From Methanoculleus chikugoensis (GTDB lineage: Archaea; Halobacteriota; Methanomicrobia; Methanomicrobiales; Methanoculleaceae), in assembly GCF_900095385.1 (NCBI RefSeq), contig NZ_FMID01000061.1, positions 42,808 to 66,807 on the forward strand: DNA of 24,000 nt, in the 5' to 3' direction. Position 1 is the first letter of the stretch. Every line of letters begins with the position of its first letter. Position numbers and translations under genes: made by a program. This document shows, one piece after another, positions 7,167 to 14,132 of the stretch. Under the pieces are notes generated by a model. The model ran no database searches, had not been told where the DNA came from, and worked only from the letters and a program-made list of their open reading frames with translations.

Positions 7167-7673
7167 TTACGCCCCCACAGAGAAGATCGAATATTCTGAC
7201 TCTGCTTCCCGTGCAGAGCAATCTTCTCCGGTAGTCCATTCGCCGGCATAGTTCGTCGCGACTGCAAGCGGCTCCACTTTTGCTCTGAGCGATCTATTGT
7301 AGTAATCCAGGATCGCTGTGTTCATGCAGTTCGTCCCGTTCCGGTCGTCGAGCACGGCATAGGCCAGCAGGGAGAGCGCAATGAACTTCTTCGACTCGAC
7401 AACGACCCGATAGACCGGATGTTGGACGTCACTTGATACGTTCTCGATCAGTCCGAGTTTGACGAGCGTCTTGAGCGCCTCCCTGATGCTGGGGGCCCTT
7501 TTGCCCGTCATCTCCTCAAGGTACCCGGGCCGATAATCCATCGTCGGATCGGCGACGATCTCTTCAACGACCTGAGCGAGAACTGTATTCCCGAATAAAC
7601 CGCCATAGGGTTTGTCCAGGAATCTTTCGAGTTCTTCAGGAAGTTCCGGCAGTTTTTTCTCCGACATAATCAC
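7167..7673 (-). CDS. Archaeal winged-helix DNA-binding protein (MarR/TrmB-like)
   Basis: 168-aa ORF. LFGNTVLAQVVEEIVADP...YLEEMTGKRAPSIREALKTLVKLGLIENV...PVYRVV is a typical archaeal wHTH layout. It forms an operon with the DUF3467 gene (2-nt gap). Confidence 0.7.
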   Translation of the reverse strand: MIMSEKKLPELPEELERFLDKPYGGLFGNTVLAQVVEEIVADPTMDYRPGYLEEMTGKRAPSIREALKTLVKLGLIENVSSDVQHPVYRVVVESKKFIALSLLAYAVLDDRNGTNCMNTAILDYYNRSLRAKVEPLAVATNYAGEWTTGEDCSAREAESEYSIFSVGA

Positions 7674-7756
7674 TTCTCCTGTGCAACTACAGCACCTGTG
7701 CCCCTATAGAGCGCTACGGGTACTCTCACTGATAGATAGCAGTGGTGAGTGATAGT

Positions 7757-7763
7757 AAAAAAA
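7757..7763 (-). terminator. Oligo-T terminator (T7 on the minus strand) downstream of gene 7780..8088
   Basis: An A7 run on the plus strand (T7 in the minus-strand transcript) lies 17 nt after the stop codon. Archaeal termination typically occurs at oligo-T tracts. Confidence 0.45.
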
Positions 7764-7779
7764 TGTTCTGATAAAGAAT

Positions 7780-8088
7780 CTATTTCTTCAGTTTGGTCCA
7801 GTGCCGGTGGTGGGGCACTTCGAGATCGTAGTAGGTCATCCATTGATCCGCCCACACGGGCTTTTCAAGTTTGATGACTTTATCCCCCCCGCCGGCACGG
7901 TAGAGGCGAATGTAATCCTGCCCCATTGAATCGACAAAATCTTTCGCCTCAAAGCCGTTCTCTCTGCACTTCCGCTGGCAGTCCTGCACCTTCCTCATGC
8001 CGCCACGTTTCTTTAACCATCCAAGGAAGGTAGCTCCTCTCTCTTCCGGGTCAGGCCCCTCTGGCATAGGATGGTTGCGTTCTCTCAC
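7780..8088 (-). CDS. Hypothetical small protein
   Basis: Open frame of 102 codons from a GTG at 8088, with an ATG alternative at 8067 (MPEGPDPEERG...). Composition is ordinary and no family is recognised. An AT-rich TTAATAAAA lies upstream at ~8123-8131. Confidence 0.45.
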   Translation of the reverse strand: MRERNHPMPEGPDPEERGATFLGWLKKRGGMRKVQDCQRKCRENGFEAKDFVDSMGQDYIRLYRAGGGDKVIKLEKPVWADQWMTYYDLEVPHHRHWTKLKK

Positions 8089-8139
8089 CGGGCGTCACCG
8101 CATGGGAGATTGACTTCAGGGTTTTATTAACCTTCTATT

Positions 8140-8382
8140 TTACTTCTTGCCTTGAACCTGGCTCAAAACAATGTACTCTGCTATCAATTCTTTCGACAGC
8201 GTCGAAAGAATTCTCTTACCGTATGGTGCCCGTTCTTCCTTGAGAATATCCCTGCCGATTCGGTCGCCGATATGCCAGTACAGCAGGACCAGCTCGACGT
8301 TTACCGCGGTCGCAGCACGGCCTTTTGCCGCCCGGATCAGGCCACGGAGATCTGAGAGGAGAAAGGAGACGTCCGGATCCAA
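8140..8382 (-). pseudogene. Truncated N-terminal fragment of a YhcG/DUF1016-family (PD-(D/E)XK nuclease) gene
   Basis: LIRAAKGRAATAVNVELVLLYWHIGDRIGRDILKEERAPYGKRILSTLSKELIAEY matches the conserved N-terminal region of DUF1016/YhcG proteins, which are normally ~340-370 aa. Similarity stops at about nt 8172 and the frame closes 10 codons later. The only available start codon is TTG. Confidence 0.6.
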
Positions 8383-8651
8383 AGAGGGGGTAGCGCTAAT
8401 CGGCTGTAATGCTGTATCCTCGGCGGGTGTATCATGTCATTGAGCCTTCCGTGTCATCTGCGTTCACTTCCCGGATATTCTCCATGCTGATGTGCATGTT
8501 TGAGCCGCTCATGGCGGAGGACATATTCTGGAGAATAGTAACTGCGAAAGAGCAGGGAAAAAGACAGTGATCCGACCACAGGTGATGCAGAACTGTCCGG
8601 CCACGATGGCATGATGCGAGCTCCCGGATATCGGGGGGTATAAGATGACGG

Positions 8652-9001
8652 ATGGAGAACTCAAGAGTAACGATGCATCCCCTCGCCCAGATCCGACAGA
8701 ACCTGCTTGTTATCCGGGAACGCTACGGAGTGGCCCATATCGGCATCTTCGGGTCTGTGGTGCGGAGCGAGGAGACGCCGGCGAGCGACATCGACATCCT
8801 GGTGGTGTTCCAGGAGGGTGAGGAGACCTTCGACACTCGCAGCCTCGCGGTGCTCGAGCTCCTGCCCTGCGGCCAGTCGCACACTTCATGGACCTCAAGT
8901 TCTACCTCGAGGATCTCCTGGGACGAAAGACGGACCTCGTCATCGCCGATACTCTGAAGCCCCGGATCCGGGATGCTTTCCTTGGCGAGGTTGTTTATGC
9001 T
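8652..9001 (+). pseudogene. MNT-type nucleotidyltransferase (antitoxin of a HEPN/MNT module), frameshifted
   Basis: The N-terminal half lies in the frame of ORF 8652.. (YGVAHIGIFGSVVRSEETPASDIDILVVFQEGEETFD, i.e. the GS...D.D motif). The C-terminal half lies in the frame of ORF 8888.. (FMDLKFYLEDLLGRKTDLVIADTLKPRIRDAFLGEVVYA). About 50 nt between them (8833-8884) carry a degenerate second copy of the CTCGAG..CTCCTG segment. Confidence 0.7.
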
Positions 9002-9112
9002 AGGGATCTCCTGTTGTATCTTGAGGATATCCGCGACGCTGTTGCGTCCATTCGTTCCTATTTCGGGGACCGGACGTTCGAGGAGTTCGTGGGGGATCGC
9101 ATGCGCCTGGAT
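9002..9112 (+). pseudogene. N-terminal remnant (~37 aa) of a HEPN/DUF86 (HepT-like) toxin gene, fused in frame to the MNT remnant and truncated
   Basis: RDLLLYLEDIRDAVASIRSYFGDRTFEEFVGDRMRLD matches the usual DUF86 N-terminus (..L.hil.ai..I..y..g...eeF..d). Similarity and high GC both end at ~9112. This is before the R-x4-H catalytic region and 2 nt before the stop of the convergent low-GC NYN gene. Confidence 0.55.
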
Positions 9113-9114
9113 AA

Positions 9115-10314
9115 TCAATTCAGAAGGGACTTCAACAGTTCATCCTCAATATCCGAGTATTTCCTTTCTATGACCTCGATGACTCTATCCTGATATATTT
9201 TCTTAATCTCATCGGATCCCTGGATAGAATCGTTCAGTACCTGCGGCCTGCTAAGCAGAGGTCCCGAGTAATCCCGATCTGCATAGTGGAATGCCCGACC
9301 CTGTCCGAGAGCAAAGACAAATTTTCGTATCGTGATTTTTGGGATGGTGCCGTTCGTTTTTTCAAAGATGTGATCTACCATATCGTGCATGGAAATGGGC
9401 TGTTTTGGTGAGAGTAAGGTATAAAGATTCTCAGATAGTTCATCTCTCACCGTAGGGTCTTTTGGGCATCGGAGAGTTTTGTACAGGAAATCACTGATCT
9501 GAAGTGATTTGTCGATACCGACATTTTCGATCTCTGCAAGATCCTTCAAATATACCTGAGGGTGCCCGGTTTCGGGGTCTGCTTCAATCTTCTCAACGAC
9601 ATCCTCTTTCAAAGATTCGATGAATTGCTTGAACGAAGAGAATCCAAGTTGCTTCTCAGAAAAAGACGGTTGCAACCGGATGAGTTGTGGTTTGAGCTGG
9701 GACAGCAGTATAGGTCCCTCGAGTGAGCGGTTCTTGATAAACCGGATGAGCAATTCGCGTCCCGAAAGTTTGTTGATATTTTCATCTAACAGTTGGTTTG
9801 TCCCCAATTCGGCATCTTCGGCAACATCTTCGTCAATACCCAATAATTCTTCGAGTGATTTATACTCCGTGCAGTTTTCTTTTATTACGGTTCCTACAGA
9901 ATTGTCGAACCCAATGACGTACACTCGCTTACCACGTGAAAGCACTCGACGGATAAGAGGGATGAAATCAGTATCACCAGAACCGAGTATGAACACGTCG
10001 ATTATTGGAAATAGTTGCATATCCTCCAGTAGATCGATGGCAAGTTGCAGATCAGCTCCGTTTTTTCCCTGAGAACTGGTCTGCGGGAGGTGTCTCATCT
10101 CAAAACCGTGTTTCACTAGTTTTCTCTCGTATTGATGAACTATTTTCTGTGACCAGTCCGCATATGACTTTTTGATACAAATGTTTCCAAGACTTGTTGC
10201 GAAATCAAGAATCGGCCGTAAGAGGAGTGGTTTTTCACGAGAAGGATACGTCTGTTCTGCCGAAATTGCAAGATTTTCGAAATCAAGATAGATGGCAACG
10301 TTATTGTTGTTCAT
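9115..10314 (-). CDS. NYN-domain (LabA/DUF88-like, PIN-fold RNase) protein with C-terminal OST-HTH/LOTUS-like domain(s)
   Basis: N-terminus VAIYLDFENL...KSYADW...GKNGADLQLAIDLLEDM...IDVFILGSGDTDFIPLIRRVLSRGKRVYVIGF is the NYN/LabA acidic-residue pattern. Residues ~185-245 (LLIRFIKNRSLEGPILLSQLKPQLIRLQPSFSEKQLGFSSFKQFIESL) fit the OST-HTH/LOTUS pattern. Sampled 60-nt lines are 43-48% GC, against >60% in core genes. Confidence 0.8.
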   Translation of the reverse strand: MNNNNVAIYLDFENLAISAEQTYPSREKPLLLRPILDFATSLGNICIKKSYADWSQKIVHQYERKLVKHGFEMRHLPQTSSQGKNGADLQLAIDLLEDMQLFPIIDVFILGSGDTDFIPLIRRVLSRGKRVYVIGFDNSVGTVIKENCTEYKSLEELLGIDEDVAEDAELGTNQLLDENINKLSGRELLIRFIKNRSLEGPILLSQLKPQLIRLQPSFSEKQLGFSSFKQFIESLKEDVVEKIEADPETGHPQVYLKDLAEIENVGIDKSLQISDFLYKTLRCPKDPTVRDELSENLYTLLSPKQPISMHDMVDHIFEKTNGTIPKITIRKFVFALGQGRAFHYADRDYSGPLLSRPQVLNDSIQGSDEIKKIYQDRVIEVIERKYSDIEDELLKSLLN

Positions 10315-10776
10315 GAAATCGACCTTTAGAGAGATATGATTTTCCGTTGCGGTACATCGTTTCTGTGATCATTTCTTCCGAGGCTAGGAAGCCTTCCTTG
10401 CTGATTTTTATCTGAAATACAATTAGTGCAGTTGCATATCTAAAAATTTCATCCGGAACTCGATCTAGACGGTTTGATTCGAGATTCTCGGTTTTGGATC
10501 ACTTATATCTACCGATTTGAAAAACAGAGGGGCGAGATGTCTCATAGGGAGTATCTGAGCCATGATGGCGAATATCGAACGATCACGCCGATGAGCGAGT
10601 ATTCCCAGTTTTCATCTCGCAGGAGGGGCGTCTTGGGATCTTGCCTGGTGCCAAGGTCCCTATTGAAGAATCAGAGAGTTAATTGACTTCAGGATATTCT
10701 GCATTTTCAATGATCTTAAATTGGCTTCAAAAAATATAATATTGTTGTAATAACTCCAATTACAAATGACACGATG

Positions 10777-11127
10777 TTAAACTTTATGTCGTTTAAAAAA
10801 CCGTCCCCATGTTAGAATTGTTTCAATTTTCCTTTGATGCATCTCTTTATCGTAATTTCTTTTACCCGCCAACAAGGCAACTTCTAATCTCATATCTAAT
10901 TGGTTCATGACGCTCTCAACGTCTAAATCAAAATTGTGATCCTGAAAACCAGACGCATAAAAAAGATTAAGTCGCGAATTTTCCAAGTCAAGTTTTAGCC
11001 GAATACGTCGTGCCTCATCTGGGGATATTTGCTTATTGGGATCTTGTGTTAACTGATCGATTATAGATTGCCAGTTATCTTTAACACTTTGTAATTCGGC
11101 ACGTCCCCTATCTATCTCATTTTCCAT
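10777..11127 (-). CDS. Hypothetical small helical protein (116 aa)
   Basis: ATG at 11127 is preceded by AGAGG with 3-nt spacing. Heptad-like, charged, helix-prone sequence (RGRAELQSVKDNWQSIIDQLTQ..., RRIRLKLDLENSRLNL). A sampled 60-nt line is 35% GC. It is co-oriented with the NYN gene in the same low-GC block. Confidence 0.55.
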   Translation of the reverse strand: MENEIDRGRAELQSVKDNWQSIIDQLTQDPNKQISPDEARRIRLKLDLENSRLNLFYASGFQDHNFDLDVESVMNQLDMRLEVALLAGKRNYDKEMHQRKIETILTWGRFFKRHKV

Positions 11128-11317
11128 AATCCTCTCAATGTAGCCATTAAGTAATTAAAATATCATATTAGTTACCACAACAAATTTGAAGCATATAAAA
11201 AGCTAAATTGTGGATTTCTGCTTTTCTAAATGATCCCTATTTGTCACCATATCTTGATACCGTGATACTTGAGAGGTGTCAACATTGATTTTGAGTTATC
11301 ATCTCGCCAAAACAATA

Positions 11318-11390
11318 TGCTGCTATGGGGATTCGAACCCCAGTCGTCGGCGTGAAAGGCCGACATGATTGGCCCCTACACTATAGCAGC
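11318..11390 (-). tRNA. tRNA-Glu (anticodon UUC)
   Basis: The reverse complement GCTGCTA-TA-GTGT-AGGGGCCAA-TCAT-G-TCGGC-CTTTCAC-GCCGA-CGAC-TGGGG-TTCGAAT-CCCCA-TAGCAGC-A folds into a cloverleaf. It has a 7-bp acceptor stem, 5-bp anticodon stem, TTCGAAT T-loop and 4-nt variable loop. The anticodon loop CT-TTC-AC gives UUC. No CCA is encoded. Confidence 0.9.
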
Positions 11391-11434
11391 GAATCTATGC
11401 ACCGAAGTGCTATACAACTTGGGCGTGTGCAGAT

Positions 11435-11440
11435 AAAAAA
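11435..11440 (-). terminator. Oligo-T tract (T6 on the minus strand) downstream of ilvE; may double as an AT-rich promoter element for the tRNA
   Basis: An A6 run on the plus strand lies 26 nt after the ilvE stop (11466) and ~45 nt upstream of the tRNA 5' end. Confidence 0.4.
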
Positions 11441-11465
11441 GTTATGGCAGGGAACCTGAGTCCCC

Positions 11466-12335
11466 TTACCCGTCGATCGGGGACCCTTCCTTCTGGGTGA
11501 CGGCCTTGAAGGCCGCCATCAGCTGCCGGGTGATGGGGCCGGGCTTGCCGTTCCCGATGACGCGGCCGTCGATCTCGCGGATCGGGCCGACTTCCGCCGC
11601 GGTTCCGGTGACGAAGACCTCGTCGGCGGTGTAGAGGTCGAAGTAGCCGAGGTTCCGCTCGAGGAGGGTGATGCCCATCGATTCCGCGATCTCGAGGACG
11701 ACCGCCCGGGTGATGCCGCGCAGGTTGTTCAGGGTCGGCGGGGTGATGATGGCGCCGTCCTTGACGACGAAGATGTTGTCCCCCGAGCCCTCGGCGATGT
11801 AGCCCTTGGTGTCGAAGAAGATCGCCTCGTCGACGCCGCGGTAGTTCGCCTCGATCTTCGCGAGGATGTTATTCAGGTAGTTCAGGCTCTTGACGTTCGG
11901 CGGCATCGACTCCGGCGGTGTGCGGCGGACCGAGACGCAGACCGCCCGGAGCCCCTTCTCGTAGAGGTCGCCGTACATCGCGCCCCAGGTGACGGCGATG
12001 ACGATGACGGTCGGCACCTTGCACTTCCGGGGGTCGAGACCGAGGTCGCCCTTGCCCCTCGTCACGATCGGGCGGATGTAGGCGTCCCGCAGGTTGTTCT
12101 TCCGGAGCGTCTCCTTGACCGCCTCGGCCATCTCCTCCTTCGTGATCGGGACGGCGAGGTCGATCGCCTTCGCCGAGTCGTAGAGCCGTGCGATGTGCTC
12201 GTCGAGACGGAAGACCCTGCCGTTGTAGGCCCGTATCCCCTCGAAAACACCGTCGCCGTAGAGGAGCCCGTGGTCGAAGACCGAGACCTTCGCCTCCTCT
12301 TCGGGGACGTATTTGCCGTCAAGGTAAATTATCAT
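11466..12335 (-). CDS. ilvE: Branched-chain amino acid aminotransferase (class IV PLP enzyme)
   Basis: From the ATG at 12335: [51 protein letters not shown]..., then [15 protein letters not shown] and EGSGDNIF. This is the canonical IlvE sequence at the usual ~289 aa. The longer ORF-track start at 12584 adds a non-homologous extension. Confidence 0.92.
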   Translation of the reverse strand: MIIYLDGKYVPEEEAKVSVFDHGLLYGDGVFEGIRAYNGRVFRLDEHIARLYDSAKAIDLAVPITKEEMAEAVKETLRKNNLRDAYIRPIVTRGKGDLGLDPRKCKVPTVIVIAVTWGAMYGDLYEKGLRAVCVSVRRTPPESMPPNVKSLNYLNNILAKIEANYRGVDEAIFFDTKGYIAEGSGDNIFVVKDGAIITPPTLNNLRGITRAVVLEIAESMGITLLERNLGYFDLYTADEVFVTGTAAEVGPIREIDGRVIGNGKPGPITRQLMAAFKAVTQKEGSPIDG

Positions 12336-12429
12336 GGGAGTAGTGTGGTATCGATTCGCTTGTATGTTTTGCGCTTCGTGCACCGCCCGGCGGCGGCCGG
12401 AGGCGTGATGTCCCTTGAACTCTGTTACT

Positions 12430-12740
12430 ATGAAACGTTGCATTTCGCGTGAGACTACTGCATAGCTATCCGCACCCGTTAGTTCACGCGAAGTGCGAGC
12501 GCAGCGAGCTTGAGCATAGGTGCGGGCCGCGAAGATCGGTAAATGGGTAGAGCAACTCCCCTTCGAAGCCTGATGGCTTCTCATGCTCGCTTCATTCGCA
12601 CTTCACACCTAACGGTGCTCGAACTCTTTTCCCTGCGGGAAAGTCGTTCTTCGCGGCTTCGCGCTCTTCGCGTGAGGCTGTACTGCCCCTCTGTACCGAA
12701 AAACTCACGCGGAGTGCGAGGCATGAAGAACGCGAAGTCT
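12430..12740. repeat. Cluster of at least five copies (both orientations) of a ~17-25-nt motif, TCACGCGAAGTGCGA..AGCGAGC-like, forming three inverted-repeat pairs
   Basis: Pair 1: TTCGCGTGA (12444-12452) / TCACGCGAA (12484-12492). Pair 2: CTTCGCGTGAG (12666-12676) / CTCACGCGGAG (12704-12714). Pair 3: GAAGTGCGAgcgcAGCGAGC (12490-12509) / GCTCGCTtcatTCGCACTTC (12585-12604), with 16 of 20 positions complementary. All lie in the 430-nt spacer between ilvE and cfbB. Confidence 0.65.
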
Positions 12741-12764
12741 CAAAAAAATATCGCTGCGCCCCCG

Positions 12765-14132
12765 TCAGCCCCGGCAGCAGTCCACAAAGTGCGCGAGCAT
12801 CCCCCTGCTCGTCACCGGGTGGAGGTGCGTGTAACTCCCGATCGTCCGGTCCCGGGCCGCGCCGTCGAAGCCGTCCCGGATCCCGCTCCCCCGGCTCAGC
12901 CGGTAGGCGAAGCGCGTCTCCGGCGCGAGGTCGACGCTGCTGTAGTGGAACTCGTGGCCGCGGAACGCCGCCTCGCCCACGGGGCTTTTCGCCGCGCTCG
13001 TCCCGACGACGTAGCCGAGCATCCGGCGGGCCGGCATCCTCGTTGTGCCCTTAAAGATCCCGGCGAGTTCGTAGGTCTCCTCCTCTCCCGACCCCGCGAA
13101 CCCCGGGGCGAGGACCATCCGGTCGGTGAGGTAGATCAGCCCCCCGCACTCCGCGTAGATGGGCGTGCCGTTCCGCGAGACCTCCCGGAGCCCCTCCCGC
13201 ATCGCGGTGTTCGCCTCGAGTTCCGCGCCGAAGAGTTCCGGGTAGCCGCCGCCGAGGACGTAGCCGTCGGCCTCCGGCAACGGATCGTGGACCGGGGAGA
13301 ACGGGACCGTCTCGGCCCCGCACGATGCCAGTATATCAAACAGGTCGGCGTAGTAGAAGTTGAAGGCCTCGTCGAGCGCGACGCCGATCCGGACGTCCGG
13401 CTCGACAGCCGCGTAGATGGAACTCTCCTCCGCCGGCGGTTCGCCCTCGTGTGCGAGCGCGAGGAGGGCGTCCAGGTCGACGTGATCGGCGATCATCCGT
13501 TTCACCGTCTCGATGCGAGCGAGGAACTCGCCGTGCTCCTGCCCTTCGCGGTAGGGGACGAGGCCGAGGTGGCGCATGGCAAGTTCCATCTCCTCCGTGC
13601 GGGGGATGACCCCCACGACCGGGATGCCGCAGTAGTGCTCGATCGCACGGACGGCCTTCTCCCGGTGCCGGGTTCCGGTGACGTTGTTTAAGATGACCCC
13701 CCGGATGTCGACGTCGGGGTCGAAGGCCAAAAAGCCCTTCACGATCGCCGCCGCGCTCCGGGTGATGCTCCGGGCGTTGACGACGAGAATGACCGGCAGG
13801 TCGAGTTGTTTCGCGATAGCGGCCGTGCTCCCGAGGTCGGTGAGCGCTTCTGCGCCCTCGAAGAGCCCCCGCACCCCCTCGACGACGGCGACATCCGCTC
13901 CCCGGCATCCGTGCGCAAAGACCGCCCGGACCTCGTCCGGGCTCATCACGTATCCGTCCAGGTTCCGGCAGGGCCTGCCGGTCACCCCGGCAAGGTAGGA
14001 GGGATCGATGTAGTCCATCCCCACCTTGAAGGTCTGGACGGCCCGGTCGGTCGAGAGGAGGGCCGAGAGCGCGAGCGTGATGCTCGTCTTCCCGCTCCCG
14101 GAGCGGTCGCCGGCGACGAGGAAGGACTTCAT
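12765..14132 (-). CDS. cfbB: Ni-sirohydrochlorin a,c-diamide synthase (CbiA/CobB-family amidotransferase)
   Basis: MKSFLVAGDRSGSGKTSITLAL (P-loop), a CbiA-type ATPase domain and a C-terminal glutamine amidotransferase domain (YAECGGLIYL). The name is assigned by context: it is last in a cfbA-E-D-B operon and its ATG overlaps the cfbD stop (ATGA). Confidence 0.85.
   Translation of the reverse strand: MKSFLVAGDRSGSGKTSITLALSALLSTDRAVQTFKVGMDYIDPSYLAGVTGRPCRNLDGYVMSPDEVRAVFAHGCRGADVAVVEGVRGLFEGAEALTDLGSTAAIAKQLDLPVILVVNARSITRSAAAIVKGFLAFDPDVDIRGVILNNVTGTRHREKAVRAIEHYCGIPVVGVIPRTEEMELAMRHLGLVPYREGQEHGEFLARIETVKRMIADHVDLDALLALAHEGEPPAEESSIYAAVEPDVRIGVALDEAFNFYYADLFDILASCGAETVPFSPVHDPLPEADGYVLGGGYPELFGAELEANTAMREGLREVSRNGTPIYAECGGLIYLTDRMVLAPGFAGSGEEETYELAGIFKGTTRMPARRMLGYVVGTSAAKSPVGEAAFRGHEFHYSSVDLAPETRFAYRLSRGSGIRDGFDGAARDRTIGSYTHLHPVTSRGMLAHFVDCCRG

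Noticed and set aside
6461-7267. ORFs 6461..6763(-), 6582..6818(-), 6753..7070(+), 6971..7267(-) and 7063..7251(+) around the wHTH tail and the DUF3467 gene.
   Set aside because: Their products are low-complexity P/S/A/R-rich strings overlapping better-supported genes. They probably arise from the GC-rich, skewed composition of 6480-6760.
8101-8120. CATGGGAGATTGACTTCAGG resembles the T-arm region of the tRNA-Glu gene (ATGGGGATTCGAACCCCAG as read on the plus strand). It could be a degenerate att-site remnant near the YhcG breakpoint.
   Set aside because: The alignment needs three gaps for ~15 of 19 matches. That is within what chance gives for a 19-mer searched by eye over several kb, and there is no flanking integrase or matching second repeat.
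8723-9173. ORFs 8723..9118(-), 8707..9003(+), 8973..9173(+), 8661..8882(-) and 8710..8898(-) overlapping the MNT/HEPN remnants.
   Set aside because: Their translations lack motifs. The MNT and HEPN similarity in the two plus-strand frames explains the region.
10474-10686. Small plus-strand ORF in the AT-rich spacer of the low-GC cassette. It has a TTG start, or an ATG at 10537 preceded by AGAGGGG, and a TATA-like CTTATATCT at 10502-10509.
   Set aside because: It is only 49-70 codons with no recognisable fold or family. The TATA position would place the transcription start after the putative SD, so the signals conflict. It may deserve a look in RNA-seq data but cannot be supported from sequence alone.
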